A stretch of 64,000 nt of DNA from Methanobacteriota archaeon. Lineage in GTDB: Archaea; Thermoplasmatota; Thermoplasmata; SG8-5; JAGLSY01. Where the stretch lies: positions 51,665 to 115,664 of the forward strand of contig JAEHCO010000004.1 of NCBI GenBank assembly GCA_020697715.1. The letters run 5' to 3'. Position 1 is the stretch's first letter; every line of letters starts with the position of its first letter. Below are positions 15,699 to 24,809 of the stretch, in pieces. Made by a program: the position numbers and the translations under genes. The notes under the pieces are model-generated. The model was not told the DNA's origin, did no database searches, and worked only from the letters and a program-made list of their open reading frames with translations.

Positions 15699-18404
15699 TT
15701 ATTCTCGATTAAGTATATCAAAGAATTCACTGATTATGGATTGTGCAGAGTGATAAGCAGTATCTGGCTCAAGTTTTCGATTTGTTTTACCATTTTGTTC
15801 AAGAAATGCCACACTCAATGCCTGATCAGAGAGGAAATAATACAATGGCTTTGATTGAATATTTATGCGATTACTTCGTAATTCATTGTAAAACAAAGTA
15901 ATAACATCCGCCTCCATCCTCTTAATCGATATCTTGTTCTTTCCAAAAAAATTAAATTGTTTCTCAGATAATTTTAATTCATCCGATATACAAGTAACAG
16001 CTATTTTAAGAGCCTCCCAAGATGAATTAATCCGATGCTCAGGAGAATTTATTTTATTAGAAGCATCAATTAGATTGGATTCCATCAATAAAGGGCCAGA
16101 AATTTGACCCTCTTCTAATTCTATTTCCACTTCTTTTTTTTCGTCTGTTTTAAGTTTTTTTCCAGGAGGTCTTATCGGATTATGAGAGAAGCCATTGAGA
16201 AATTGTTTTGAATTTATGCTATCATATTCTAAGCCCTCTAAAAAAGATCTTACGTATTTTTTTAATCTGTATTTAGTTACATGAGTATTTTCAAATGAAC
16301 CCATAGTAATTCTTTCATCAATCCTTTCAAATATTATAGCTAGAGACCCAGAATACATTGAAAAAGGAATTTCCATGTCAATAAATTTTAAATTAAAACG
16401 ACCGCCTTTTTTAGCCTGAATTCTTTGAATAGAATTAATTAATATTTCAAAGTAGGGAGATATGTCTTCTTTTTTCCTATCAACATCCCTTTGAAAATCA
16501 TAAATAAGTTGCATCCCTTTGGCTAAGTCAGGGCTAATTTTTGATATTTTAATTGCTGCTCTCGCCCTTGCTGTTTTCAACCCCATCGGAAAAATATTTG
16601 AAACAAAGACCTCATCAATTTTTTTTACTTTACTTTCAGCAGCATGGCAAAATATGTGTTCGGCTTTGCCTAAGATTTCACCAGGTAAGCCCATACTTAC
16701 TTCACGAATATTATCGCTAGCATCTGTAGTTATTAATTCATCGGGATCTTTCCCATTAGCCTCAATTCGTTTTGAAATTAGATCCCATGTTTCTTTATTG
16801 CTAAATGGTTCAAGTTTCATCCCCAATTCAGGCCTTAAGTACCTATAAGGTTCTTCAGATAACATTTCAAGCCAATCAATAGGAATGCAGAGAAGAACCA
16901 TCCAACGTTCCTGAGCATTGTCTGTAAAGTTTTGAAGCAATTTTAAAAAATCTTTAATTATTTTTCTTTCATCTTCATCCTTGTATTTTAATCTATCAAG
17001 ATTATCCAAGAATATTACAACATTCTCGTCCTTAACATTTTCAAAAATTGTATTAAATTCTTTTTTCTCTAAAGATGTTTCTGAGTCACCGGATAGTGAT
17101 TTGGCTATTTTTTTTGCCTCAGTAATTACAAAATTATATAAATCTAATCCACTTAGAATTGGTCTAATTGTGTTTAATGTTTCTATATAAAATATTTTGC
17201 ATCCATTTGATTCTAAAACATCTTTCATAACTCGATGGAGAGTGGTTTTACCAGCTCTTCTTTCTGCAATTATTAGTTTTAACCCACCACTTTGGCTTTG
17301 TGCTACAGATAGAGTTCTAGAAATTATTGAATTCATAGAATCTGTTTTAATAAGTAGTTCTGAACCTTCACCAAGTATACGATCTGACCATGGGTTCCCA
17401 TTGAAACCCCAATAAGACATCCAATTGTCTCTATTTGAAACATCTATGACTTTATCTCTTATTTTTGTATCATCTACATCAACCATTAACTCTAATACAT
17501 CAGGAGGAGGTTTCTGTAAATTCTCCTGCAGTTCTGACGTAATATTATTGTTATCAAAACTAATAACAATTCCATTTTTTTGCAATGGGATTTTTATTAG
17601 GTCAATTTCAGAAGAAATTTTGTTAATAATCATAGCCTTTAATTTTGATGGCACACCTCCAGGCAAATTAGGAATGCGAAGACCCAGTGTAATTATCCCC
17701 TCATTAATATTTAAATATTTAGTATAATAATGAATATACCAATGTAATTTTGAATCTGGAGGGATAGCTATCAAGTCTAATTTGTTGATTATTACTCTCT
17801 CCCACGTTCGATCCAATTCATCCCCAAGACGCAATAAACATAATATTAAACCAACTCTAATCTTACCTCCTGAAATTTTTTTTATCAATGTTAAATCATT
17901 ATCTGTGACAGGCCCACTGTGTTTTTCACATATCCAAGCTATTTCTTTAGCAATATCTGCAAAAACAGTCTTGTTTAAATCAATAGTTAAAGGATTTTCT
18001 CCATTAATCAATCCAGCCGAAAGTTTGATTAAATTCGCTGAACTGATTGCGTGTTTTTTTCTTACTTCAAGAGGTTTCTCTGCTAATTCTGCAATGATTT
18101 GCCTTTTATTTACTACTCCCGAATCTTTTATGTTGAACATCATTCCAATATCATGAAGCAAGCATGAAGATGCTAAACATAGTATTTCATAATCAGAAAG
18201 TTCTTCAAACGTATCCATCTTTGATTCTAATATTTTATCAACGATTGAAATTACTCGCAATGAATGACCAATTGAATGGTCTGTGAATATCTCACTAGAT
18301 GTTCCTAATATATTTCTTAATCGAACTTCAAGATTATCTAATTCGGTTTTTTTATCTTTTTCAAGATCATTAAGAAAATTAGCCATTACCATACATTCAC
18401 CCAC
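15699..18404 (-). CDS. HD-CE-like phosphohydrolase fused to a P-loop (AAA+/STAND-like) ATPase with helical C-terminus; candidate defence gene
   Basis: TDHSIGHSLRV, LLHDIGM, LRLGDELD and HWYIH; then WGFNGNPW, AERRAGKTT (Walker A variant) and IFLDNLD (Walker B). Visibly much more AT-rich than its neighbours. Confidence 0.7.
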   Translation of the reverse strand: MGECMVMANFLNDLEKDKKTELDNLEVRLRNILGTSSEIFTDHSIGHSLRVISIVDKILESKMDTFEELSDYEILCLASSCLLHDIGMMFNIKDSGVVNKRQIIAELAEKPLEVRKKHAISSANLIKLSAGLINGENPLTIDLNKTVFADIAKEIAWICEKHSGPVTDNDLTLIKKISGGKIRVGLILCLLRLGDELDRTWERVIINKLDLIAIPPDSKLHWYIHYYTKYLNINEGIITLGLRIPNLPGGVPSKLKAMIINKISSEIDLIKIPLQKNGIVISFDNNNITSELQENLQKPPPDVLELMVDVDDTKIRDKVIDVSNRDNWMSYWGFNGNPWSDRILGEGSELLIKTDSMNSIISRTLSVAQSQSGGLKLIIAERRAGKTTLHRVMKDVLESNGCKIFYIETLNTIRPILSGLDLYNFVITEAKKIAKSLSGDSETSLEKKEFNTIFENVKDENVVIFLDNLDRLKYKDEDERKIIKDFLKLLQNFTDNAQERWMVLLCIPIDWLEMLSEEPYRYLRPELGMKLEPFSNKETWDLISKRIEANGKDPDELITTDASDNIREVSMGLPGEILGKAEHIFCHAAESKVKKIDEVFVSNIFPMGLKTARARAAIKISKISPDLAKGMQLIYDFQRDVDRKKEDISPYFEILINSIQRIQAKKGGRFNLKFIDMEIPFSMYSGSLAIIFERIDERITMGSFENTHVTKYRLKKYVRSFLEGLEYDSINSKQFLNGFSHNPIRPPGKKLKTDEKKEVEIELEEGQISGPLLMESNLIDASNKINSPEHRINSSWEALKIAVTCISDELKLSEKQFNFFGKNKISIKRMEADVITLFYNELRSNRINIQSKPLYYFLSDQALSVAFLEQNGKTNRKLEPDTAYHSAQSIISEFFDILNRE

Positions 18405-18546
18405 TTCTCCCAGAGATATAAAGCTTTAAGCTTGATAAGTTTAACGGGAACATAATTCAAAATATTATTTTGTATTATCTTTAGTTCAGCATATTATTAT
18501 TATTTTGGATAGAATCACACAACAACCCTCGCACTTACAAAGCCCT

Positions 18547-19215
18547 GTACCAATTCCTTTTTATATTACACAAAAGCACGCACCAGCGTTTTTTTCTTTT
18601 AAAGTTTTCTGCGCTGGTTCGGGCTCATCGAATCAAAACCAAGGTTTTGACAAAATATATGCGCTCGGGAAATATAGCCAGCTCATCTAAAAAAGAAAAA
18701 AATACAGTTAAGAATCAAACCCATTATATGTGTTTGATAAAATAATTGCGTAGGATCAATAGGTAAAAGTCGCAATTAAAAATAAGAAACTCGCCCTCGC
18801 CTGCTCGAAAACCAAGTCGAATACAAAACACCGCACCAGGAAGTTTTTCTTTAACCTCGCTGTGCTCTTAGTTCGAATCGCTATGCTTCTCGAACTAATT
18901 ATTTGCGAAGTTTACGCAAATAAGGGCTCACCTTCCAAAGAAAAAGTTCCATTCAAAAGAAACTCAGGTGAGCCTGCTCGCTCGTCATATGTTGATAATT
19001 GCTCTGAATACAAAACACCGTACCAATTCCTTTTTATATTACACAAAATCGCGCACCAGCGTTTTTTTCTTTCAGGGTTTTCTGCGCTGGTTCGGGCTCA
19101 AAAAGAAAAAAATGCCGTTAAATAAGAAACTCGCCCTCGCCTGCTCGAAAACCAAGTCGAATACAAAACACCGTACCAATTCCTTTATATATTACACAAA
19201 AGCGCGTACCAATTC
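18547..19215 (+). repeat. Three tandem units of a structured non-coding repeat element
   Basis: 53-bp identical repeat at 18781-18833 and 19121-19173. 43-bp repeat with 1 mismatch at 19006-19048 and 19159-19201. Recurrent CACCAG, T-tract, GGCTCA, A-tract, AAGAAACTC and GCCTGCTCG blocks. Confidence 0.85.
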
Positions 19216-19276
19216 AGTTATATACGATTTCTCAAAATATACTCCATTTGAGAAGAATTGGAGGAAGTGGAGCAAA

Positions 19277-19615
19277 ATGATGATCAAGATCTACATAAGT
19301 ACGCATAGTGAAGGACGATTGAACATGCCATCTAATGACCACACAAGGGCCGCACCTCACGGCGGCATGGCCGCGTCGTCGGGCATCCTGGTGGACGATC
19401 CAAATTACATCAATATGGAATGCAAAAAAGCAATAGAGGCAGTCAAGCTCTTTGCAGAAGAGCATGGATTCAATTATAGAATATACGATGTTCGAAATGA
19501 CTGGCCCGCAATGCGAGCCAGGATAGAAGGAATAAAAGTATTGCCCACCACGGTCTTTGGAAAGAAGAAGATCGAAGGAATTCCTTCTTTTGATGAAATG
19601 GCCGCGTGCTTGTAG
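19277..19615 (+). CDS. Small thioredoxin/glutaredoxin-like fold protein lacking CxxC
   Basis: IYDV...LPTTVFG..KIEGIPS resembles a Grx C-terminal half. The listed start at 18968 runs through the repeats and is probably spurious. Confidence 0.5.
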   Translation: MMIKIYISTHSEGRLNMPSNDHTRAAPHGGMAASSGILVDDPNYINMECKKAIEAVKLFAEEHGFNYRIYDVRNDWPAMRARIEGIKVLPTTVFGKKKIEGIPSFDEMAACL

Positions 19616-19707
19616 GTAGCTCGTAGGTGGAGGGAATTTGATATTTCATAAGGACAATGTAGAAATACCATACCCACGGTTTAAGGCGCAGACCGGATGA
19701 GAGATTA

Positions 19708-20583
19708 ATGAAACTGCATAATTTAAAAGCGATCATAATCATTGCAAACATAATAATTGCAAGTATCAGTATAACCAGCATATACACTGTCGCTTCTGGA
19801 AATTTCAATGTCATATTACCAGAACAGGATGATATTGATTGGGAGGTTCGCGATGGTAAGCTGGTCTTCACCACCAATGTCACCATACAGAACAATGGCT
19901 TTTATTCCATAAAGGGATTGAAGATCAATGTGGACCTTCTTGAGAATTCAACTGGCTTCAAATTGATCGAATACCAGCACACAGTGGATATCATCCCCAT
20001 GAGAACAGACCATATTGAACAATTGGAGATACCATTGGACCTTGATCGTTATCAACAATTGTATGCGGAGTTGGATAATTTCATACCTGAGGATTGGTTG
20101 GATGAAGTGGACAAGTTCATGTTCAATGACACAGCCCTGAGCCTTATCATAAGTGTCGAGGCATATTATACAATGAAATTAGTGCGCTTTAATGCGGATT
20201 ACACATTTGATTTCCTCTGGCCAGCAACAATACAGATCTATGATATTGATACATCAAATATCACTCAATATAATAATGGCCCTGGAATTGATCTTGAGCT
20301 TCCTTTCACACTGCACACCTCACAATGGATAACAGGGGATATCAGGGTAGACACACACCTTCAGAACAGCACGATGAATTTCGCTAATTCAATCACCATC
20401 ATACCTCTGGGACAGAATTATTCCGGGAATTTAAGTATTCACTTGAACCCACAAGAGATGGCCAATTTAAAGATAAATACCCAGGCATTGTATTTGGTGG
20501 TTATGATATCGACATCCGACCTGGGGATCATCTATAGAGATATGGTAGAGTTCGCAGCAGATATAGAACTGGAGCAACCATGA
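19708..20583 (+). CDS. Hypothetical N-terminally anchored extracellular beta-rich protein
   Basis: Hydrophobic N-terminus, LEA/Ig-like FTTNVTIQNNG pattern and NxS/T sequons. Confidence 0.6.
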   Translation: MKLHNLKAIIIIANIIIASISITSIYTVASGNFNVILPEQDDIDWEVRDGKLVFTTNVTIQNNGFYSIKGLKINVDLLENSTGFKLIEYQHTVDIIPMRTDHIEQLEIPLDLDRYQQLYAELDNFIPEDWLDEVDKFMFNDTALSLIISVEAYYTMKLVRFNADYTFDFLWPATIQIYDIDTSNITQYNNGPGIDLELPFTLHTSQWITGDIRVDTHLQNSTMNFANSITIIPLGQNYSGNLSIHLNPQEMANLKINTQALYLVVMISTSDLGIIYRDMVEFAADIELEQP

Positions 20584-21125
20584 TGGCAGAAGGAACTGGA
20601 GAACATAATAAAGATATCCTAGGCGAGGAGACCCAGGACGAGGATATCCAGAACGTGGACATCCAAAACAGGGATGTCCCAAGAGGAGATGACATATCAT
20701 CTCAGAATAATGCGAAGAGCCATTATGTATATCCAGTCATCAATTTGCTCATATACGCCATTCTTCCATTCATTGTCATTACATTTATCAGATCGAACTA
20801 TACAGACCTCGATCAGGCCAGATTGAACAATGTGATAATGTGGACTTCGATAATTGGAACGACCATTGCGATAATATCGTATTTCGAGACATATTATCCG
20901 CCAGGGCATAAAGGTCGCCTGGTATCAGGAATTATCAGCACTGGCATGATGTATATCTGGATATACGGATTATTTGGTGGCACAACGATCAGATCCACTT
21001 ATGGAGAATATGAATTCTTTATCGACATCAGTCGCATGCTGGCTCTGATAATTTTTGGAATTAGTTTGAAATTAATATACAGGATCATTGAATTCATCAC
21101 TTGCAGGAAAACACAGGCGCAGTGA
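20580..21125 (+). CDS. Hypothetical membrane protein (about 4 TM) with acidic N-terminal microrepeat
   Basis: Hydrophobic segments; DEDIQN/VDIQN repeat; ATGA overlap with the upstream gene. Confidence 0.65.
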   Translation: MMAEGTGEHNKDILGEETQDEDIQNVDIQNRDVPRGDDISSQNNAKSHYVYPVINLLIYAILPFIVITFIRSNYTDLDQARLNNVIMWTSIIGTTIAIISYFETYYPPGHKGRLVSGIISTGMMYIWIYGLFGGTTIRSTYGEYEFFIDISRMLALIIFGISLKLIYRIIEFITCRKTQAQ

Positions 21126-21545
21126 ATGATTATTGAGGTCGTCCCAAAACTTCCATATACTTCTCCTTCCATTATCCTCCCAATGTCACCCACACTTATC
21201 GAAGCATTCCAGCCCTTATGCACAGATGTTCAGAAAGAGGTTCAGAAGGTTCTTAAAAGTATCCTGCTCGGGCCCATGATAAGCGGATACCTGCCGCAGA
21301 AATGGATCTTTGCAACATCTCAGGAAGTAGTTACATTTTGCCTTGATATAACAGGCGAGGCCAGTGTCATCGAGGGCACTGTGGATGACTCGGATGTGCT
21401 CATCAAGATCAGCCATGATCCTCTTTTACAGATACTGGAAAGCATGGACAAACCAGAAGAGAAGCCAGATATTCTGGATATTAGTTTTCAGACCAGAAAA
21501 GGAGAGGCCGCTTTCGGATATATGCGGAAGAGATTTGGATTATGA
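21126..21545 (+). CDS. Hypothetical protein, possibly SCP2-like fold
   Basis: Pattern of short beta strands followed by DVLIKIS; start uncertain (could be 21183). Confidence 0.45.
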   Translation: MIIEVVPKLPYTSPSIILPMSPTLIEAFQPLCTDVQKEVQKVLKSILLGPMISGYLPQKWIFATSQEVVTFCLDITGEASVIEGTVDDSDVLIKISHDPLLQILESMDKPEEKPDILDISFQTRKGEAAFGYMRKRFGL

Positions 21546-21711
21546 GACAAATACTCAATAAATTCATTGAATGGATATTTATTAGTTCTTCAAATATCTA
21601 TTAGATGCAGATTATAGACAATTAGAAAAAATATCCCGTATGTTAATGTTAACAATCACACGCATTCAATTGTCAAAAACTTATTTATAATATCAGACCT
21701 ATTTTAGGATA

Positions 21712-22476
21712 ATGGCTGATAAGATCAAATTGAATGTGGAACTTAAGTTGATCATGGGATTTTTGTTCTTTTTCATAATATCGGGAATGGTTCCAGGTAT
21801 AGTATCGGTTTTTATCAGCTTATTCGACATTGACATTGAAACTGCCAATCTCATGGTCCTGATTATTACATTCTCAGTCTCTGTTATCTTGTGCGTTATT
21901 ATTGGTCTGTATCTCATAAAATGGATAGCCGAGCCTATCAAGAAGCTTATCACGGCCATGGAAAAGATGTTGGAAGGTGACATGACCGTAGATCCTATCG
22001 TGACAACTGGTGATGAGATCGAGGCTTTCTCCATATCTCTTTTAAGAATGAAATCCAGTTTGATGATAGCCACCCAGATGCTTGGACCTTATGAGGTCGA
22101 GGAGCAGGAGATCCCAGAAGTGAAGGGATTTTCCGTAGGGGAGAAGATGATATTCAGCCTCATCCTGTTCCTTGTATTGAACCCGATCATCACCATTATC
22201 CCCGTAATACTTTCACTGGATCTCCTTTTGGGAGCATCTATTGCTTCATTGTTATTCTCAGTGATCATGCTATTGATATTCGTCACATACCTGAACAGAT
22301 CCATAATGGAGCCATTTATCGCACTGACAGAAGCTGCTGACAAGATAAGCAAGGGGGATTTTGGAACCAGTATAGAGATCAAGAGCTCCGGCGACATAGG
22401 AAGATTGGAACTGAACTTCAAGAGGATATCAGATAGAGTGGAAAGAGCCATAAAGGAGATGGAAAATGGTCAATGA
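21712..22476 (+). CDS. Membrane protein with two tandem (2TM + HAMP) modules and no output domain
   Basis: EPIKKLITAMEKMLEGD...DEIEAF and EPFIALTEAADKISKGDF...DIGRL HAMP patterns. Confidence 0.8.
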   Translation: MADKIKLNVELKLIMGFLFFFIISGMVPGIVSVFISLFDIDIETANLMVLIITFSVSVILCVIIGLYLIKWIAEPIKKLITAMEKMLEGDMTVDPIVTTGDEIEAFSISLLRMKSSLMIATQMLGPYEVEEQEIPEVKGFSVGEKMIFSLILFLVLNPIITIIPVILSLDLLLGASIASLLFSVIMLLIFVTYLNRSIMEPFIALTEAADKISKGDFGTSIEIKSSGDIGRLELNFKRISDRVERAIKEMENGQ

Positions 22477-22696
22477 TGCAGATATCCAGGCAATGGAGAA
22501 TATAATAATCGAGCATGCAGGACCTATGGGTAAATTTGTAATAAAGAAAGCAATCGCGGATATCGGGATAGATCCCAATAGTTATGGTAGGGATTCAGCC
22601 AATAAGCTCATCAATATGGTTCTGGAAAGATCCATATTCGACACTGCGAAATGGGATCCCCTCAGAAAACAGATACTTTCGGCCTGGACTCAGTGA
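22466..22696 (+). CDS. Small helical protein coupled to the HAMP gene
   Basis: Overlaps the upstream stop; GPMGKFVIKKAI motif. Confidence 0.7.
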   Translation: MVNDADIQAMENIIIEHAGPMGKFVIKKAIADIGIDPNSYGRDSANKLINMVLERSIFDTAKWDPLRKQILSAWTQ

Positions 22697-22705
22697 CCGA
22701 GATCT

Positions 22706-24034
22706 TCAAACCTTGACTTCCTTCCACTTGCCAGACCGGAATCTCCACAATATTATAATAGATCTTACATAATATTCTACTATGAAGGCTATCCAGGCTC
22801 CCATTATTCCCAGTCCCATGTAGAATCCGAGGAGTGCCGCGAAGGGCAATCGAATTGCATAGATACCAAAGGAGGACGCATAGAGAGGCCAACGCGTGTC
22901 GCCGGCTCCTCTCAATCCTCCAGACAAAGTGAAGAAAAGGCCAATGGCGGGCATACTGAAGGCCAGAAGGCGGATCCACAGAGCCGTGTATGTCAGAGTA
23001 TCCGGGTCGCTGATGAAGAGTCTGGCCATTGGATCTGCGAGGAAGAATAATACCACACCTATGGCGGTCATGACCAATGCGGAAAGCTTGGCAGATTCCA
23101 CTGCTGACCTTTCGGAGGTCTTTGGTTTTTTGGCTCCCAGGTATTGGCCAACGAGAGCTGTTGCGGCCATGGAGAACCCTATGCCAGGCATGAAAGCCAA
23201 TCCCTGGATCCTCATACCGATCTGATGGGCGGCAAGAGCCTCAGTTCCGAAATACACGATTATGAAAGTATATACCAAAAATCCAGTTTGGATAAGTATC
23301 TGTTCCGCGGCGGCAGGAGTGCCGACCTTCAATATACGACGCATGATGGATCTATCAAATATCACGTGATTGCGTTCCAACTTAAGCCTAAGCTTACCCC
23401 GTGAGAGAAGGAGGATATAACATACACCTCCGATCATGAAAGATATGACATTGCCGATAGCCGCTCCCTTGACCCCCATTTCTGGGAATCCAAGCTCACC
23501 GAATATGAGCACATATCCGAAGAATATGTTCACCACATTGTTCAGAATGCCAATGGCGAGCGGGGTCTTCATATCTCCCGAACCCCTGAGTGCGGCAGCC
23601 GAAAGAAATTCAATGAATTGGAAAGTAGTTCCCAGGAAGGTGATCTTAACATAAATGGAGCCGAACCCAAGAACATCTGGCTCCGAACCGAACATGGCAA
23701 GAAAATCTGTCCCGAAGAACCAGCCCAAGATGGTTATGGGAATGGAAAGTATCAGACCAAGAAGTAGTGATTGTTTGAGGGCACGGTTTGCCATCTTGGG
23801 TTTTTTGGCTCCCGTGTATCTGGCAACTAGGGCTATGGTTCCCGTGCTCACGGCCATCATGACCATGAAGGATATTTGAACCACCTGGCCTCCCAGACCA
23901 ACGCCCGCAACAGCCGCAGGACCCAGTTTGCCCACCATTATCATGTTCACGGTCATCATGATGGTAGCGAAAAGATTGGTCAATATTATCGGCCAGGCGA
24001 AACTGAATATCTTCTTTCTTAATTTCTTGTTCAT
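22706..24034 (-). CDS. MATE family efflux transporter
   Basis: AWPIIL, LRGSGDMKTP, LRGAGDTRWP motifs; about 12 TM. Confidence 0.93.
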   Translation of the reverse strand: MNKKLRKKIFSFAWPIILTNLFATIMMTVNMIMVGKLGPAAVAGVGLGGQVVQISFMVMMAVSTGTIALVARYTGAKKPKMANRALKQSLLLGLILSIPITILGWFFGTDFLAMFGSEPDVLGFGSIYVKITFLGTTFQFIEFLSAAALRGSGDMKTPLAIGILNNVVNIFFGYVLIFGELGFPEMGVKGAAIGNVISFMIGGVCYILLLSRGKLRLKLERNHVIFDRSIMRRILKVGTPAAAEQILIQTGFLVYTFIIVYFGTEALAAHQIGMRIQGLAFMPGIGFSMAATALVGQYLGAKKPKTSERSAVESAKLSALVMTAIGVVLFFLADPMARLFISDPDTLTYTALWIRLLAFSMPAIGLFFTLSGGLRGAGDTRWPLYASSFGIYAIRLPFAALLGFYMGLGIMGAWIAFIVEYYVRSIIILWRFRSGKWKEVKV

Positions 24035-24080
24035 ACGGGACACTTGCATGCATATGCATATATGAAAATGAGTTATATAA

Positions 24081-24104
24081 ACATTTGCATGATTGTGCAA
24101 ATGT
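24081..24104. promoter_or_regulatory. Candidate operator ACATTTGCA-N6-TGCAAATGT between the divergent MATE and ArsR genes
   Basis: Perfect 9-bp inverted repeat flanked by TTATATAA and ATATAAATA boxes. Confidence 0.55.
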
Positions 24105-24142
24105 ACAAAGATATAAATATTCCAAGTTCTATATTAGGGGCA

Positions 24143-24718
24143 ATGGTAGATGAGATAAGAATAGTGGATGACCCCGCAACAATTAAGCTCATGATAGATG
24201 AGACAAGAAGGACCATCCTGGAGCTATTGAGGCTCAATGATCTCACAATTGAGCAGATGGCCAGCATACTTGAGAAAGACCAGTCCACCATCTATCGTCA
24301 TGTGGAAAAACTGGTGAATGCGGGCATCATCGAGCAGACCGGCGAGAAGAAGGACCATCACATTCCCAAGAAGCTGTATGGCCGGACAGCCAAGATATTC
24401 TTTATGGCCCCCAGTATCGATGCGGTCCCTGAGAAGGATGAGCTTCTGAAGATGTGGGAGAAGAGCAGCGGGACCATCGCCACCCTGCTTGAACAGATAG
24501 GCTATGAGGGAAAGGACGACCCAGAACAAAATGTAAAAGCCGCATTCCTGGATATTCAGAAAGTGGTCTCGGAAAGAATGAAAGCCCTTCCACCAGATGC
24601 AAACCTAAATTTCTATACCATCTGGAAGCTTCAAATGGCCATCATGATCCTGGAGATGGAGAATGATCCTAAGCTCAAGAAGAAGGTCAAGAAATTCGTG
24701 GATTCTTATAAAGTTTAA
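24143..24718 (+). CDS. ArsR/wHTH family transcriptional regulator
   Basis: DETRRTILELL...TIEQMASIL...STIYRHVEKL...GII. Confidence 0.85.
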   Translation: MVDEIRIVDDPATIKLMIDETRRTILELLRLNDLTIEQMASILEKDQSTIYRHVEKLVNAGIIEQTGEKKDHHIPKKLYGRTAKIFFMAPSIDAVPEKDELLKMWEKSSGTIATLLEQIGYEGKDDPEQNVKAAFLDIQKVVSERMKALPPDANLNFYTIWKLQMAIMILEMENDPKLKKKVKKFVDSYKV

Positions 24719-24809
24719 GACCAGGTTATTTCATTATGATCATTTTAGTATTTTTCATTTTACTATTTTGCCAAAACAATTCTATAGTTACTGATAATTG
24801 TATAAGTGC

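Noticed and set aside
18547-19215. CRISPR array interpretation of the repeats
   Set aside because: Repeats and intervening segments vary greatly in length, the inserts are hairpins rather than unique spacers of constant size, and no cas gene is present.
18547-19215. Hammerhead ribozyme, tRNA or integron attC identity
   Set aside because: No CUGAUGA/GAAA core or cloverleaf was seen on either strand, there are no RYYYAAC/GTTRRRY ends, and no integrase lies in the window.
18968-19276. N-terminal extension of the 215-aa ORF (and ORF 18862-19125)
   Set aside because: It translates the DNA repeats (NTKHRTNSF appears twice); a better start lies at 19277 after GGAGGAAG.
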